Positions 10,055-22,324 of a stretch of DNA of 32,000 bases are shown here, piece by piece. This stretch comes from Candidatus Arthromitus sp. SFB-rat-Yit. Lineage in GTDB: Bacteria > Bacillota > Clostridia > Clostridiales > Clostridiaceae. Below the pieces are notes generated by a model. It was not told the DNA's origin. It ran no database searches and worked only from the letters and a program-made list of their open reading frames with translations. The stretch spans positions 150,001-182,000 of the forward strand of contig NC_016012.1 in NCBI RefSeq assembly GCF_000283555.1. Reading direction: 5' to 3'. Every line of letters starts with the position of its first letter. Within the stretch, counting starts at the first letter, position 1. Position numbers and translations under genes: made by a program.

Positions 10055-10080
10055 GTATTATGAATATATATTCACAATAC
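10055..10080. promoter_or_regulatory. 26-bp near-perfect palindrome with a consensus ARG-box core, upstream of the GNAT RBS
   Basis: GTATTATGAATAT|ATATTCACAATAC matches 12 of 13 positions per arm. Core TGAATATATATTCA equals TGAAT-wwww-ATTCA. A minus-strand TATAAT lies at 10089..10084. Confidence 0.4.
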
Positions 10081-10344
10081 TTAATTATAATCAATATTTT
10101 ATTATGTACTAATGTAATAACTATATTATAAAAAAAAACAAAAATCAATTTTAAAATTTATAAAATATAAATATTTTTTTAATATATAGGAGAAATATTT
10201 TACACATTATTAAAGTAAAACGTTTTCAAAATATTAGATTTTGATTATATAGAAGATCTAAACAGAGTTATTTATTACTTTGATAAAATAAAAAATAATT
10301 TTTATAGAAATTAATGAAAAAATATGAGTTGATATAACTTATTG

Positions 10345-10353
10345 TGATATAAT
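10345..10353 (+). promoter_or_regulatory. extended -10 promoter element for the BMP/ABC operon
   Basis: TGATATAAT (TGnTATAAT) lies ~50 nt upstream of the ATG at 10404. Confidence 0.45.
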
Positions 10354-10403
10354 CAGTTTGGAGTGATTAAAAAAATTTAATTATCTTGGAGGTTATAAAA
10401 ATT

Positions 10404-11480
10404 ATGAAAAAGAGAAAACTTTTTCCTATGTTCATTTCTATAGCTGCTTCAATTTTTTTCTTAGTAGGTTGTAATTCTATTTCATCTACTCAAGAAAATA
10501 CTTCTAACAACTCGGATTCTGGACAAGTAGTTGAGGGGAGGAAATTAATAGTTGGTATGATTACTGACGAAGGATCTCTTGGCGATAAATCTTTTAATGA
10601 TATAACTTATAAGGGGCTGACAAAGGCTAAAGAAGATTTTGGAATTGATCTTCAGGTATTGGAACCTAAGCAGAATACAGATTTCATACCTTATATGGAG
10701 AGGTTATCAAAAAATAGCGATTTGGTTGTAGGTGTTGGATATAAGTTAAAGGAAGTTATTAGTGATGCATCTAAAAAGAATTCTAAAGTTAATTATGTTA
10801 TGATAGATGATGTAGTAGAAGGGGATAATGTGTACAATATTAACTTTAAAGAAGAAGAAGGGTCGTTTTTAGCTGGGGTTTTAGCCGGTATGATGACAAA
10901 AACTAATAAAATTGGTTTTATTGGAGGAACTGATTCTCCATTAATTAAAAAATTTGAAGTTGGTTTTATTGCTGGAGTTAAGAGTGTTAATCCAGAAGCA
11001 GGAAAACTTTTAGAGGATGGCAATACTTCTAGATATGCAGGTACATTCTCGGATGTGTCTAAAGGTTATGAAATAGGTAAGTCTCTTTTTGATGATGGTG
11101 TCGATATAGTATATCATGCTGCTGGAGCTGTTGGTATAGGTATGTTTAGGGCTGCAAAGGAAACTGGAAATTATTGTATTGGTGTAGATCAAGATCAAAC
11201 ACTTACGCTTCCTGAATATGAAGATGTAATACTTACTTCGATGATTAAAAAATTAGATATTGCTGTATATGATGTTGTAAGGAAAACTTTGGAGAATGGA
11301 TTTGTTGCTACTACAGTTGAATTAGGATTAAAAGATGGAGCTGTATCTTTAGTTGAGAATAAAAACGGAAAGGTTACTCAACAAGTATTAGATAAGGTTG
11401 AAGAGTATAGTAATAAGATAAAAAATGGAGAAATAGTTGTACCTAAAACTATTGAAGAACTTAAAAATTTTAATATATAA
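10404..11480 (+). CDS. BMP-family (PnrA/Med/NupN-like) ABC substrate-binding lipoprotein
   Basis: Lipobox FLVGC. BMP-family motifs present (DKSFND, GYKLKE, FLAGVLAGMMTKTNKIGFIGG, IGVDQDQ). Start moved to the ATG at 10404, which follows GGAGG at 10388-10392. Confidence 0.9.
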   Translation: MKKRKLFPMFISIAASIFFLVGCNSISSTQENTSNNSDSGQVVEGRKLIVGMITDEGSLGDKSFNDITYKGLTKAKEDFGIDLQVLEPKQNTDFIPYMERLSKNSDLVVGVGYKLKEVISDASKKNSKVNYVMIDDVVEGDNVYNINFKEEEGSFLAGVLAGMMTKTNKIGFIGGTDSPLIKKFEVGFIAGVKSVNPEAGKLLEDGNTSRYAGTFSDVSKGYEIGKSLFDDGVDIVYHAAGAVGIGMFRAAKETGNYCIGVDQDQTLTLPEYEDVILTSMIKKLDIAVYDVVRKTLENGFVATTVELGLKDGAVSLVENKNGKVTQQVLDKVEEYSNKIKNGEIVVPKTIEELKNFNI

Positions 11481-11493
11481 TTTTGATCGGTTT

Positions 11494-11546
11494 AAAGCTA
11501 CTTTTATAAGAAGAGAATAGTTTTTTTATAATAGTGGCTTTTTTTT
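11494..11546 (+). terminator. intra-operon hairpin/attenuator between the SBP and ATPase genes
   Basis: Arms AAAGCTACTTTTATAA (11494-11509) and TTATAATAGTGGCTTT (11526-11541) pair at 14 of 16 positions. A T7 run follows. Confidence 0.55.
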
Positions 11547-11564
11547 ATTAAGGGAGAATGATCT

Positions 11565-13079
11565 ATGAAAGTTGTTGAGATGAAAAATATAACTAAAAGA
11601 TTTCCTGGTATGATTGCTAATAAAAATATAAATTTTGACTTAAGGAAACAAGAGGTACATGTTCTTCTTGGAGAAAACGGGGCAGGAAAGACAACTCTTA
11701 TGAATATCTTATATGGTATTTATAATCAAGATGAAGGGGATATTTTTATAAATGGTGAAAAAACAAAAATAAGTACACCTAAAGATGCTATATCTAAGGG
11801 TATTGGTATGGTTCATCAACATTTTATGTTAGTACATAATTTTACTGTTGCAGAAAATATAGTTCTTGGACATGAACCTACTAAATTTAAATTTATATTT
11901 GATAAGAGTTCTGTAAATGAGAAAGTTGAAAAATTAATTGATAAATATGATTTTAATATAGATCTAAATAGTAAAATACATGATATATCTGTGGGTCAAC
12001 AACAGAAAGTAGAAATTTTGAAGATGCTTTATAGAGGAGCAGATATAATAATACTTGATGAACCAACTGCTGTATTAACTCCTGATGAGATAAAAGAGTT
12101 GGGAGATATTATGAATAATCTTGTTAATGAAGGCAAATCTATTATACTTATTACTCATAAATTAAAAGAGGTTATGAGTATGAGTGATAGAGTAACAATT
12201 ATAAGAAAGGGAGAACTTATTGATACATTAAATACAGAAGATACATCTATAGAAGAACTTGCAAATCTTATGGTGGGAAGACAGGTTGATTTAAATGTGT
12301 ATACTGAAAAGTCAAAGGAATTTGGAAATGTATTAAGTATTCGAAATTTAATGGCAAAAGATAATAGAGGTATAGATGCGATTAAGGGTTTAAATTTAGA
12401 TGTCAAGTATGGAGAAATATTTGGAATTATTGGAGTTGATGGTAACGGACAAAGTGAACTCGTAGAAGTTTTAACTGGTATAAGGAAATGTTGTGGAGGT
12501 GAGATATTATTTAATGGAGAGGATATTAAAAATTTATCAGCAAAGGATATTATAAATAAAAATGTAGTGAGTATACCAGAGGATAGGCATAAGACGGGAT
12601 TAGTACTTCAACATTCTTTGTATGAAAATTCGATTTTAGGAATGCAACACTTAAGTAAATTTTCAAAAGGGATTTTTCTTGATTATAAGAAAATAAGAGA
12701 TCATGCAAAAAGAATTATAGAGGAATTTGACGTGAGAACTATAAGTGATAGTGTGAATGCTTCAATTTTATCTGGAGGTAATCAGCAAAAATTTATAATA
12801 GGTAGAGAAATTTATAAAAATCCCAAACTTATAATAGCAGTGCAACCAACTAGAGGGCTCGATGTAGGATCTATTGAATATATTCATAAGAGGCTTATAG
12901 AGGAAAGAAATAATGGCAAAGCTATTTTATTGATATCATTAGAACTTGATGAAATATTAAGTTTATCTGATAGGATAGGAGTTATATATAATGGGAATAT
13001 TCCTAGAGTTTTAGATAGGAAAGAAGCAGATGAGAATAAGATCGGAATATTGATGGCTGGAGGTGTGTTTGGTGGGTGA
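11565..13079 (+). CDS. ABC transporter ATP-binding protein with duplicated NBDs (NupO/RbsA-like)
   Basis: First Walker A GENGAGKTT and second GVDGNGQSE. Signatures VGQQQKVE and LSGGNQQK. 504 aa. Confidence 0.92.
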   Translation: MKVVEMKNITKRFPGMIANKNINFDLRKQEVHVLLGENGAGKTTLMNILYGIYNQDEGDIFINGEKTKISTPKDAISKGIGMVHQHFMLVHNFTVAENIVLGHEPTKFKFIFDKSSVNEKVEKLIDKYDFNIDLNSKIHDISVGQQQKVEILKMLYRGADIIILDEPTAVLTPDEIKELGDIMNNLVNEGKSIILITHKLKEVMSMSDRVTIIRKGELIDTLNTEDTSIEELANLMVGRQVDLNVYTEKSKEFGNVLSIRNLMAKDNRGIDAIKGLNLDVKYGEIFGIIGVDGNGQSELVEVLTGIRKCCGGEILFNGEDIKNLSAKDIINKNVVSIPEDRHKTGLVLQHSLYENSILGMQHLSKFSKGIFLDYKKIRDHAKRIIEEFDVRTISDSVNASILSGGNQQKFIIGREIYKNPKLIIAVQPTRGLDVGSIEYIHKRLIEERNNGKAILLISLELDEILSLSDRIGVIYNGNIPRVLDRKEADENKIGILMAGGVFGG

Positions 13080-14142
13080 AAATGCTAAAATTAATAATGT
13101 GTTCAAGTCTATTATTTTCTCTTTATTATCTATAGTCATATCGATATTTATAGCTATTTTCTTTGTGATGTGGTCTAAACAAAGTGGATTTATGGAATCA
13201 GTTACATTACTTTTAAAATCTTTTTGGGATGGTAGTTTTGGAAGTTTATTTAGTTTATCTGAGACCTTAGTGTATACAACAATCTATATATTTACCGGAC
13301 TTGCTCATTTGGTTGCGTTTAAAACAAATTTATTTAATATAGGTGTTGAAGGACAATTTATGATGGGTATTTTGGCTGCTGTAATAATTGGAGTAATACC
13401 GGGGATACCTATGTTTATACATTTGATCTTAATTATTCTAGGAGGAACGATAGCTGGATCTTTATGGGCATTTATACCTGCGTATTTAAAGGTAAAATTA
13501 AATTCAAATGAAGTTGTTAATACTATAATGATGAATTTTATAGCTATGAACGTTTTGAATTTGTGTATAAGTACTTTTTTGAAAGAACCGGGATATGAAT
13601 CAAGCTATCAAATTAGTGAATCATCAATGTTGCCAAGACTATTCAGTGATGCATCATTTAGGGCTAATTATGGATTAATTATAGGTATTGTGCTTATTGT
13701 AATTGTATATTTTTTTATAAATAATACACGTGTTGGATATGAACTTAGAAGTGTTGGATATAATAAGTATGCATCCGAATATGGTGGGATTAATATTAAA
13801 AAATCTATAATAATTTCTATGGTAATATCTGGACTTATAGCTGGATTGGGAGGATCTATATTTGTTTCAGGAATTCAGCATAGAGTACCTAAACTTTTTA
13901 ATTTTTTAAATTATGGTTTTGATGGTATAGCTGTAACTTTAGTTGCTAGGAATAATCCCATAGCAATAGTTTTAACATCTTTATTGTTCGGTGCATTAAA
14001 TGCATCTGCTTTAGAATTGCAGTTTAATGGGATACCTAAAGATATTATTTTTTTGGTGCAGGCAGTTATAATCTTGTTTATAGCAGGTGAATATGTATTT
14101 AAATATCTTACTAATAGGTTTAAGAAAAGGGGTGTAAAATAG
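13063..14142 (+). CDS. ABC transporter permease (NupP-like)
   Basis: Multi-TM protein within the operon. The start is ambiguous: GTG 13063, TTG 13069 and GTG 13072 all follow GGAGG at 13059-13063. Confidence 0.85.
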   Translation: MCLVGENAKINNVFKSIIFSLLSIVISIFIAIFFVMWSKQSGFMESVTLLLKSFWDGSFGSLFSLSETLVYTTIYIFTGLAHLVAFKTNLFNIGVEGQFMMGILAAVIIGVIPGIPMFIHLILIILGGTIAGSLWAFIPAYLKVKLNSNEVVNTIMMNFIAMNVLNLCISTFLKEPGYESSYQISESSMLPRLFSDASFRANYGLIIGIVLIVIVYFFINNTRVGYELRSVGYNKYASEYGGINIKKSIIISMVISGLIAGLGGSIFVSGIQHRVPKLFNFLNYGFDGIAVTLVARNNPIAIVLTSLLFGALNASALELQFNGIPKDIIFLVQAVIILFIAGEYVFKYLTNRFKKRGVK

Positions 14143-15077
14143 TGGGAAATACATATTTTTTAGACTTTATATTTATCGTAGCTACAATGCTTAGATTTGC
14201 GACTCCACTAATATTTGCATCTATAGGAGCGGTTTTTTCTGAAAAATCTGGAGTTGTAAATATAGGAATAGAAGGAATGATGATAATGGGAGCTTTTTTT
14301 GGAGTTTGGGGAACCCATATATCGGGAAGTTCTGTTGTAGGAATTTTGATGGCTTGTTTGTTTGCTGGTATTACAGCAGCTATACATGGGGTATTGAGTA
14401 TATTTTTAAGAGCAAATCAAATCATATCGGGAATTGGTATAAATTTGTTTGCGACATCTATAACAAGTTATTTAATACAAGTTTTATTTGGGTCCCAGGG
14501 ACAAACGGATACAGTTAAAGTAGTACCGTATCCTAAAGAAATGTTTGAGAATATACCTATTGTAGGCAAATTATTATCTGAATTAAATTGGTTTGTAATA
14601 GGTGCGATTGTAGTTGTTGTATTATCATGGTTTATTTTATATAAGACTAGCATAGGATATAGGATTAGAGCAGTTGGTGAACATCCGAAAGCTGCAGATA
14701 CCTTAGGAATAAATGTTTATAAAGTTAGATTTGTGTGTGTGGTGTTATCAGGAGTTTTGGCAGGTATTGGTGGAGCTGCACTATCTATTGCTAATATAAA
14801 TTTGTTTAGAGTTGGCATGGTTAATGGAAGAGGATATATAGCATTGGCTGCTATGATATTTGGTAATTGGAAACCACATACAACTTTTATTGCATGTATG
14901 ATTTTTTCTTTATCACAAACATTTGAGATATTATCTCAAAAATTTTTAGTTAATGTACCTACAGAGATATATTATATGTTACCGTATATATTGACCATGG
15001 TTGCACTTGTGTTTTTTGTAAGAAAGAGTAGTTCTCCACTATCTTTGGGAGAATTCTATGAAAAGGGTAAAAGATGA
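14142..15077 (+). CDS. ABC transporter permease (NupQ-like)
   Basis: Multi-TM protein. The GTG start overlaps the upstream stop codon. Confidence 0.85.
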   Translation: MGNTYFLDFIFIVATMLRFATPLIFASIGAVFSEKSGVVNIGIEGMMIMGAFFGVWGTHISGSSVVGILMACLFAGITAAIHGVLSIFLRANQIISGIGINLFATSITSYLIQVLFGSQGQTDTVKVVPYPKEMFENIPIVGKLLSELNWFVIGAIVVVVLSWFILYKTSIGYRIRAVGEHPKAADTLGINVYKVRFVCVVLSGVLAGIGGAALSIANINLFRVGMVNGRGYIALAAMIFGNWKPHTTFIACMIFSLSQTFEILSQKFLVNVPTEIYYMLPYILTMVALVFFVRKSSSPLSLGEFYEKGKR

Positions 15078-15105
15078 TTTTATAATCGATAGAAGGGACT
15101 AATTT

Positions 15106-15948
15106 ATGAGAAGATTATATGTATTTATTTTTATGGCAATATTTTTAATTATGAGTTCTTGTAGTTCTAATAAATACAGAGTTGTTTATGTTTATAGTGA
15201 TGAATTTAAAAGTCTTGCTGAATATAGTTTTAAATATAATATGGAAAAGTCACTTGATAATTTTAAAACTTTAAATATAACTAGCGATGAAAAATTTGTA
15301 GAATATTTCGATAAATTACTATCTAAAAAGAAAAATAATAACAATGTTTACATTATATCTAAAAAGTTTTCGAATATAGATATTTCGGATAAAGTAAAAA
15401 AATTGGTTTATATAAATAGTGAAAATGTAAATACAAATAACTTATTAATAAATCAGAAATCCGTAGCTTATATATTAGGAGTAATAAGTGGAGTTGTAAC
15501 GAGAAAAAATAGTATATCTATTCTTTATTCAGAGGATTATGTTGACTATAAAGAGATTATGGATTCATTTGTTGCTGGAATTAAGGAAGTTAATCTAAGA
15601 GCGTATGATTTATTATCAGATTTAGAAAATGTTAAGTATGTAACAACTAGTAATATTGATGAAGTGCAATCATTTATAAGTAGTAACAATAGCGATATTA
15701 TATTTAATATATCTAAAGAAGTGATTGATGTTAATGATAAGTTTTTGTTTAATCTTAATATGGATGATATTTCCAAGGATTTATTAACTGTTTTATATGA
15801 CTATGAAGGTTTTATAAATATGATTGAAGGCGATGAAATTACTGATTATTCAATTGGAGTTAAAGAAGGAAATATAAAGTTTAATTTAAGTAATATGTCT
15901 AAAGAATTAGTTGATGTGTTTAATAAGTATTTAAGTAATATTGTTTAA
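15106..15948 (+). CDS. lipoprotein, possibly a highly divergent BMP-family paralogue
   Basis: Signal peptide with Cys (LIMSSCSS). The segment YILGVISGVVTRKNSISILYSEDYVDYKEIMDSFVAGIKEVN has the same pattern as the FLAGVLAG...IGFIGG...FIAGVKSVN region of the 10404 gene. Confidence 0.6.
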   Translation: MRRLYVFIFMAIFLIMSSCSSNKYRVVYVYSDEFKSLAEYSFKYNMEKSLDNFKTLNITSDEKFVEYFDKLLSKKKNNNNVYIISKKFSNIDISDKVKKLVYINSENVNTNNLLINQKSVAYILGVISGVVTRKNSISILYSEDYVDYKEIMDSFVAGIKEVNLRAYDLLSDLENVKYVTTSNIDEVQSFISSNNSDIIFNISKEVIDVNDKFLFNLNMDDISKDLLTVLYDYEGFINMIEGDEITDYSIGVKEGNIKFNLSNMSKELVDVFNKYLSNIV

Positions 15949-15954
15949 TTAATA

Positions 15955-15995
15955 AAATAAGGTTCTATAGTATATCTATAGAACCTTATTTTATT
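15955..15995 (+). terminator. rho-independent terminator ending the BMP operon
   Basis: Stem AAGGTTCTATAG / CTATAGAACCTT followed by ATTTTATT. Confidence 0.75.
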
Positions 15996-16124
15996 ATATA
16001 AAAAATTGTTATTTGTTAAAAAATAATTATTTAAAAAATTAATTTTATGTTTTATAATTTGTATTAGATAGTTATTTAAAAATAAATTAAGATTTAGTTA
16101 TTTTTTAATACGTTAATTAAATAA

Positions 16125-17201
<1,077 letters not shown>

Positions 17202-17213
17202 GATATTGTATTT

Positions 17214-17243
17214 AAAGGTTGGTTTTATTTAAGATCAACCTTT
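17214..17243 (+). other. intergenic stem-loop between gap and pgk (partial terminator or mRNA stabiliser)
   Basis: 8-bp stem AAAGGTTG / CAACCTTT with a 14-nt loop. The downstream T-tract is weak. Confidence 0.4.
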
Positions 17244-17274
17244 ATTAATAATTAAAATGTTTAGGGGGAAAAGT

Positions 17275-18468
17275 ATGACATTTAATAAAAAAAGTATAGA
17301 AGATGTTCAATTAAATGGTAAAAGGGTTTTGATTAGATGTGATTTTAATGTTCCTATAGTAGACGGAAAAATAACTGATGAAAATAGATTATTAGGGGCT
17401 CTTGACACAATTAAGTATGCCTATAAAAATGGTGGGAAGGTTATACTTTGCTCTCATCTAGGTAAGGTTAAAGGTCCTGATAAGTCAATGAGTTTAAAAA
17501 TTGTTGCCTCAAGACTTTCAGAGCTTTTAGGAGTTAACGTAGAATTCTTACAAAGTGATTTGGTTGTTGATGACGATGTTAGAAGAAAAGTTGGTGAAAT
17601 GAATAATGGAGATATAGCTCTTCTTGAGAACACAAGATTTAGAGCGGAAGAAGGTAAGTGCGAAGATGGTTTTTCGAAGGATTTAGCATCTATTTGCGAT
17701 ATATTTGTAAATGACGCTTTTGGTACTGCCCATAGAGCGCACTGTTCTACAGTTGGTGTAGCTAAGTTTGTAGATACTGCAGTTTGTGGATTTTTAATAC
17801 AAAAAGAACTAGGATTTTTAGGTGGAGCTATTGAAAATCCTAAAAAGCCATTTTTAGCTGTTCTTGGAGGGGCTAAAGTTTCTGATAAGATAAATGTTAT
17901 AAATAATTTATTAGATAAAGTTGACACTTTGGTAATAGGCGGAGGCATGGCTTATACATTCTTAAAAGCACAAGGTTATTCAGTTGGAATAAGCTTAGTT
18001 GAGGAAGATAAGTTAGAGTATGCAAAAGATATGTTAAATAAAGCTAAGGAAAAGAATGTTAGCTTATTACTTCCTATAGATCATGTTATAGCTGATAAGT
18101 TTTCAAATGATGCAACTAGAAGAGTTACTAATGATGAAAATATAGAAGATGGATTTATGGGATTAGATATTGGAGAAAAAACAAGTAAATTATTCGGAGA
18201 TGCATTGAAAAATGCTAAAACTATAATTTGGAATGGTCCTATGGGTGTTTTTGAATTTTCTAACTTTAATAAGGGAACAATGGAAGTTGCTAAGGCTATG
18301 GCAGAATCTGATGCTACAACAATAATAGGTGGAGGAGATTCAGCTGCAGCTGTTAATATTTTAGGTTTTGGAGATAAAATGACTCATATATCTACAGGTG
18401 GAGGAGCGTCTCTTGAATTATTAGAAGGTAAGGTTTTACCTGGAATTGATATTTTAAATAATAAATAA
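17275..18468 (+). CDS. pgk: phosphoglycerate kinase
   Basis: Typical PGK sequence ([23 protein letters not shown]). Start moved to the ATG at 17275, 5 nt after GGGGGA. Confidence 0.96.
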   Translation: MTFNKKSIEDVQLNGKRVLIRCDFNVPIVDGKITDENRLLGALDTIKYAYKNGGKVILCSHLGKVKGPDKSMSLKIVASRLSELLGVNVEFLQSDLVVDDDVRRKVGEMNNGDIALLENTRFRAEEGKCEDGFSKDLASICDIFVNDAFGTAHRAHCSTVGVAKFVDTAVCGFLIQKELGFLGGAIENPKKPFLAVLGGAKVSDKINVINNLLDKVDTLVIGGGMAYTFLKAQGYSVGISLVEEDKLEYAKDMLNKAKEKNVSLLLPIDHVIADKFSNDATRRVTNDENIEDGFMGLDIGEKTSKLFGDALKNAKTIIWNGPMGVFEFSNFNKGTMEVAKAMAESDATTIIGGGDSAAAVNILGFGDKMTHISTGGGASLELLEGKVLPGIDILNNK

Positions 18469-18485
18469 TGAAGTAGGTGTCTTTT

Positions 18486-19232
18486 TTGAGAAAGAATGTA
18501 ATAATGGGAAATTGGAAAATGCATTTCACAGTTGAGGAAACAGATAAATTTTTAAATAAATTAATTCCGAAAGTTAAAGATGCTAAAACTGAGGTTGTTG
18601 TATGTGTCCCATTTACCTCTCTTGCATTAGCTTCAAATACACTTAGTGGATCAAACATAAAGTTAGGAGCTCAAAATGTACACTTTGAAGAGCAGGGAGC
18701 ATTTACCGGTGAAATTTCTCCAAATATGCTTAAAAGTGTAGGAGTTTCTCATGTTTTAATAGGACATAGTGAAAGAAGGATTTACTTTGGAGAGAGTGAT
18801 GAAACTGTTAATAAAAAAATTCATACTTGCTTAAAACATGGATTTGTTCCAGTTTTGTGTGTTGGAGAGAGTTTGAAGGAAAAAGAAGATGGTGATATGG
18901 AAAATATCCTAACAAATCAAATTAAAAATGCATTTTTAAATATATCAAGTGAAGATGCAAGCAAAGTTGTAATTGCGTATGAGCCAATCTGGGCTATTGG
19001 AACTGGTAAAACGGCTACAAGTATTGACGCTGATAATACAATTTCTTTCATAAGAAAGGTTGTAAGCAGTATTTATAATAAGGAAATATCTGAAAATATG
19101 ATCATGCTATATGGTGGTTCAGTTAAGCCAAATACTATAAAGGAACAAATGTCTATGGAGAATATAGACGGTGCTTTAGTTGGTGGAGCTTCTATAGTTG
19201 TTGAAGATTTTGAGAGGATTGTTAATTTTTAG
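18486..19232 (+). CDS. tpiA: triose-phosphate isomerase
   Basis: GNWKMH, IGHSERR, AYEPIWAIGTG. TTG at 18486 gives the canonical MRKNVIMGNWKM N-terminus and lies 6 nt after AGGTG. Confidence 0.94.
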   Translation: MRKNVIMGNWKMHFTVEETDKFLNKLIPKVKDAKTEVVVCVPFTSLALASNTLSGSNIKLGAQNVHFEEQGAFTGEISPNMLKSVGVSHVLIGHSERRIYFGESDETVNKKIHTCLKHGFVPVLCVGESLKEKEDGDMENILTNQIKNAFLNISSEDASKVVIAYEPIWAIGTGKTATSIDADNTISFIRKVVSSIYNKEISENMIMLYGGSVKPNTIKEQMSMENIDGALVGGASIVVEDFERIVNF

Positions 19233-19245
19233 GAGGAGCTTCATA

Positions 19246-20778
19246 GTGAATAAGAATTTATGTGTTCTATTAATTTTAGATGGATTTGGTATATCTAAAG
19301 ATTTATTTGGAAATTCCATAGCTAAGGCTAAAACGGATAATATAGATAGAATTAATGCTATATATCCAAATATTGGTTTACATGCAAGTGGTATGAACGT
19401 TGGATTACCAGATGGTCAAATGGGGAATTCAGAGGTTGGTCATTTAAATATAGGTACAGGAAGAATAATTTATCAAGAACTAACAAGGATAACAAAATCT
19501 ATAAATGATGGAGATTTTTTCAAAAATGAAAAGTTAATAAAAGTGATGGATAATTGTATTAAAAACGATACAAACCTTCATGTTATGGGACTTGCATCAG
19601 ATGGAGGGGTTCATGCTCATTATGATCATTTAAAAGCTGTTCTAAAGCTTGCAAAAGAGAAAAATGTAAAGAAAACTTATATACATTTATTTACTGATGG
19701 AAGAGATGTTTCTCCAACTTCAGGCCATATGTATATTAAAAATATTAAAGATTATATCAATCAAATATCTTATGGAATTATTTCAACTATCTCAGGAAGA
19801 TATTACACAATGGATAGAGATAAAAGATGGGATAGAGTACAAAAGGCTTATGATGCTATAGTTCGTGGTATTGGAGAGGACAGAATTCATAAAGATCCAG
19901 TTGATGTTTTAAAATCATATTATAATGACGGAATAACAGATGAATTTGTACCACCAACTTTGATAGAACCAAATGGAAATATTAAAGATAAAGATTCATG
20001 CATTTTTGTTAATTTTAGGCCAGATAGAGCTAGAGAGTTAACTTATGCTATAGTTGATAAAGGGTTTAAAGAATTTGATGTTGAAAATTTAGATATTAAT
20101 TTTTTATGTATGACTATGTATGATAAGAAACTTAATAATGTTTTAGTAGCATTTGAACCTGAAGTTTACCCAAATACGCTAGGAGAGTATTTGAGTAATC
20201 AGAACAAGAAACAATTAAGAATCGCAGAAACTGAGAAGTATGCACATGTTACGTTTTTCTTCAATGGTGGAATTGAACAGTCGTACAACGGAGAGGATAG
20301 AATTTTAATACCTTCTCCTAATGTTAAAACATATGATTTGAAACCTGAGATGAGTTTACCTGAGCTTACAGATACATTGATTCAATCAATAGAATCTGAT
20401 AAATATGATTTTATAGTTTGTAATATAGCAAATCCTGATATGGTTGGGCATACAGGGAATTTTGAAGCTACTATTAAAGCTATTGAATCTGTTGATTTAG
20501 CTGTTGGTAAAATATCTGATAAGATTTTAAGTCTTGGACACAAATTATTTATTACGGCTGATCATGGAAATGCTGAATGTATGGTTGATGAAAATGGTGG
20601 ACCTATGACTGCCCATACCTGTAATAAAGTTCCATTTATATACGTTTCAGGAGATTATGAAAGTATAGAAATAAAAGAAAGTGGAAAACTTGCAGATATA
20701 GCACCAACGATTCTAAATGTTATGGGATTAGATGTTCCACCAGAAATTACTGGGGAAAATTTAATAACAAAAAAATAA
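19246..20778 (+). CDS. gpmI: 2,3-bisphosphoglycerate-independent phosphoglycerate mutase
   Basis: ILDGFG, NSEVGHLN, ADHGNAE. GTG at 19246 follows AGGAGGAG; the ORF-track start at 19198 lies inside tpiA. Confidence 0.94.
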   Translation: MNKNLCVLLILDGFGISKDLFGNSIAKAKTDNIDRINAIYPNIGLHASGMNVGLPDGQMGNSEVGHLNIGTGRIIYQELTRITKSINDGDFFKNEKLIKVMDNCIKNDTNLHVMGLASDGGVHAHYDHLKAVLKLAKEKNVKKTYIHLFTDGRDVSPTSGHMYIKNIKDYINQISYGIISTISGRYYTMDRDKRWDRVQKAYDAIVRGIGEDRIHKDPVDVLKSYYNDGITDEFVPPTLIEPNGNIKDKDSCIFVNFRPDRARELTYAIVDKGFKEFDVENLDINFLCMTMYDKKLNNVLVAFEPEVYPNTLGEYLSNQNKKQLRIAETEKYAHVTFFFNGGIEQSYNGEDRILIPSPNVKTYDLKPEMSLPELTDTLIQSIESDKYDFIVCNIANPDMVGHTGNFEATIKAIESVDLAVGKISDKILSLGHKLFITADHGNAECMVDENGGPMTAHTCNKVPFIYVSGDYESIEIKESGKLADIAPTILNVMGLDVPPEITGENLITKK

Positions 20779-20782
20779 TTAA

Positions 20783-22105
<1,323 letters not shown>

Positions 22106-22109
22106 TTTA

Positions 22110-22135
22110 GTGGGGTTTATGACCCCACATTTTTA
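22110..22135 (+). terminator. rho-independent terminator ending the glycolytic operon
   Basis: Stem GTGGGGT / ACCCCAC followed by ATTTTTA. Confidence 0.75.
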
Positions 22136-22324
22136 TTATAGATATCATTTGTATCGAGAAATTTATATATTGAATAAAAACATATATAAATAGTTATAAT
22201 TTTCATAGATATCAATAGGAATTTTAATTGCTATTTATTTTAATTGTTATTTATGATATTATTTTTTTAAGATATTAAAATATTTGTAATATAAGTATGA
22301 TAGTATTTTTATAGGGAGAACATA

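Noticed and set aside
10214-10229. cre/LacI-type operator candidate AGTAAAACGTTTTCAA
   Set aside because: Only the right half matches the cre consensus; the left half is GTAAAA where TGWAAN is expected. It lies ~130 bp upstream of the likely promoter, and AAAACGTTTT-type palindromes arise easily in AT-rich DNA.
17454-17948. 164-aa antisense ORF inside pgk, and similar antisense ORFs inside gap, GH2, cls, the BMP genes, the ABC ATPase, rnr and other genes
   Set aside because: They lie opposite clearly homologous housekeeping genes. Their products are low-complexity and they lack RBSs.
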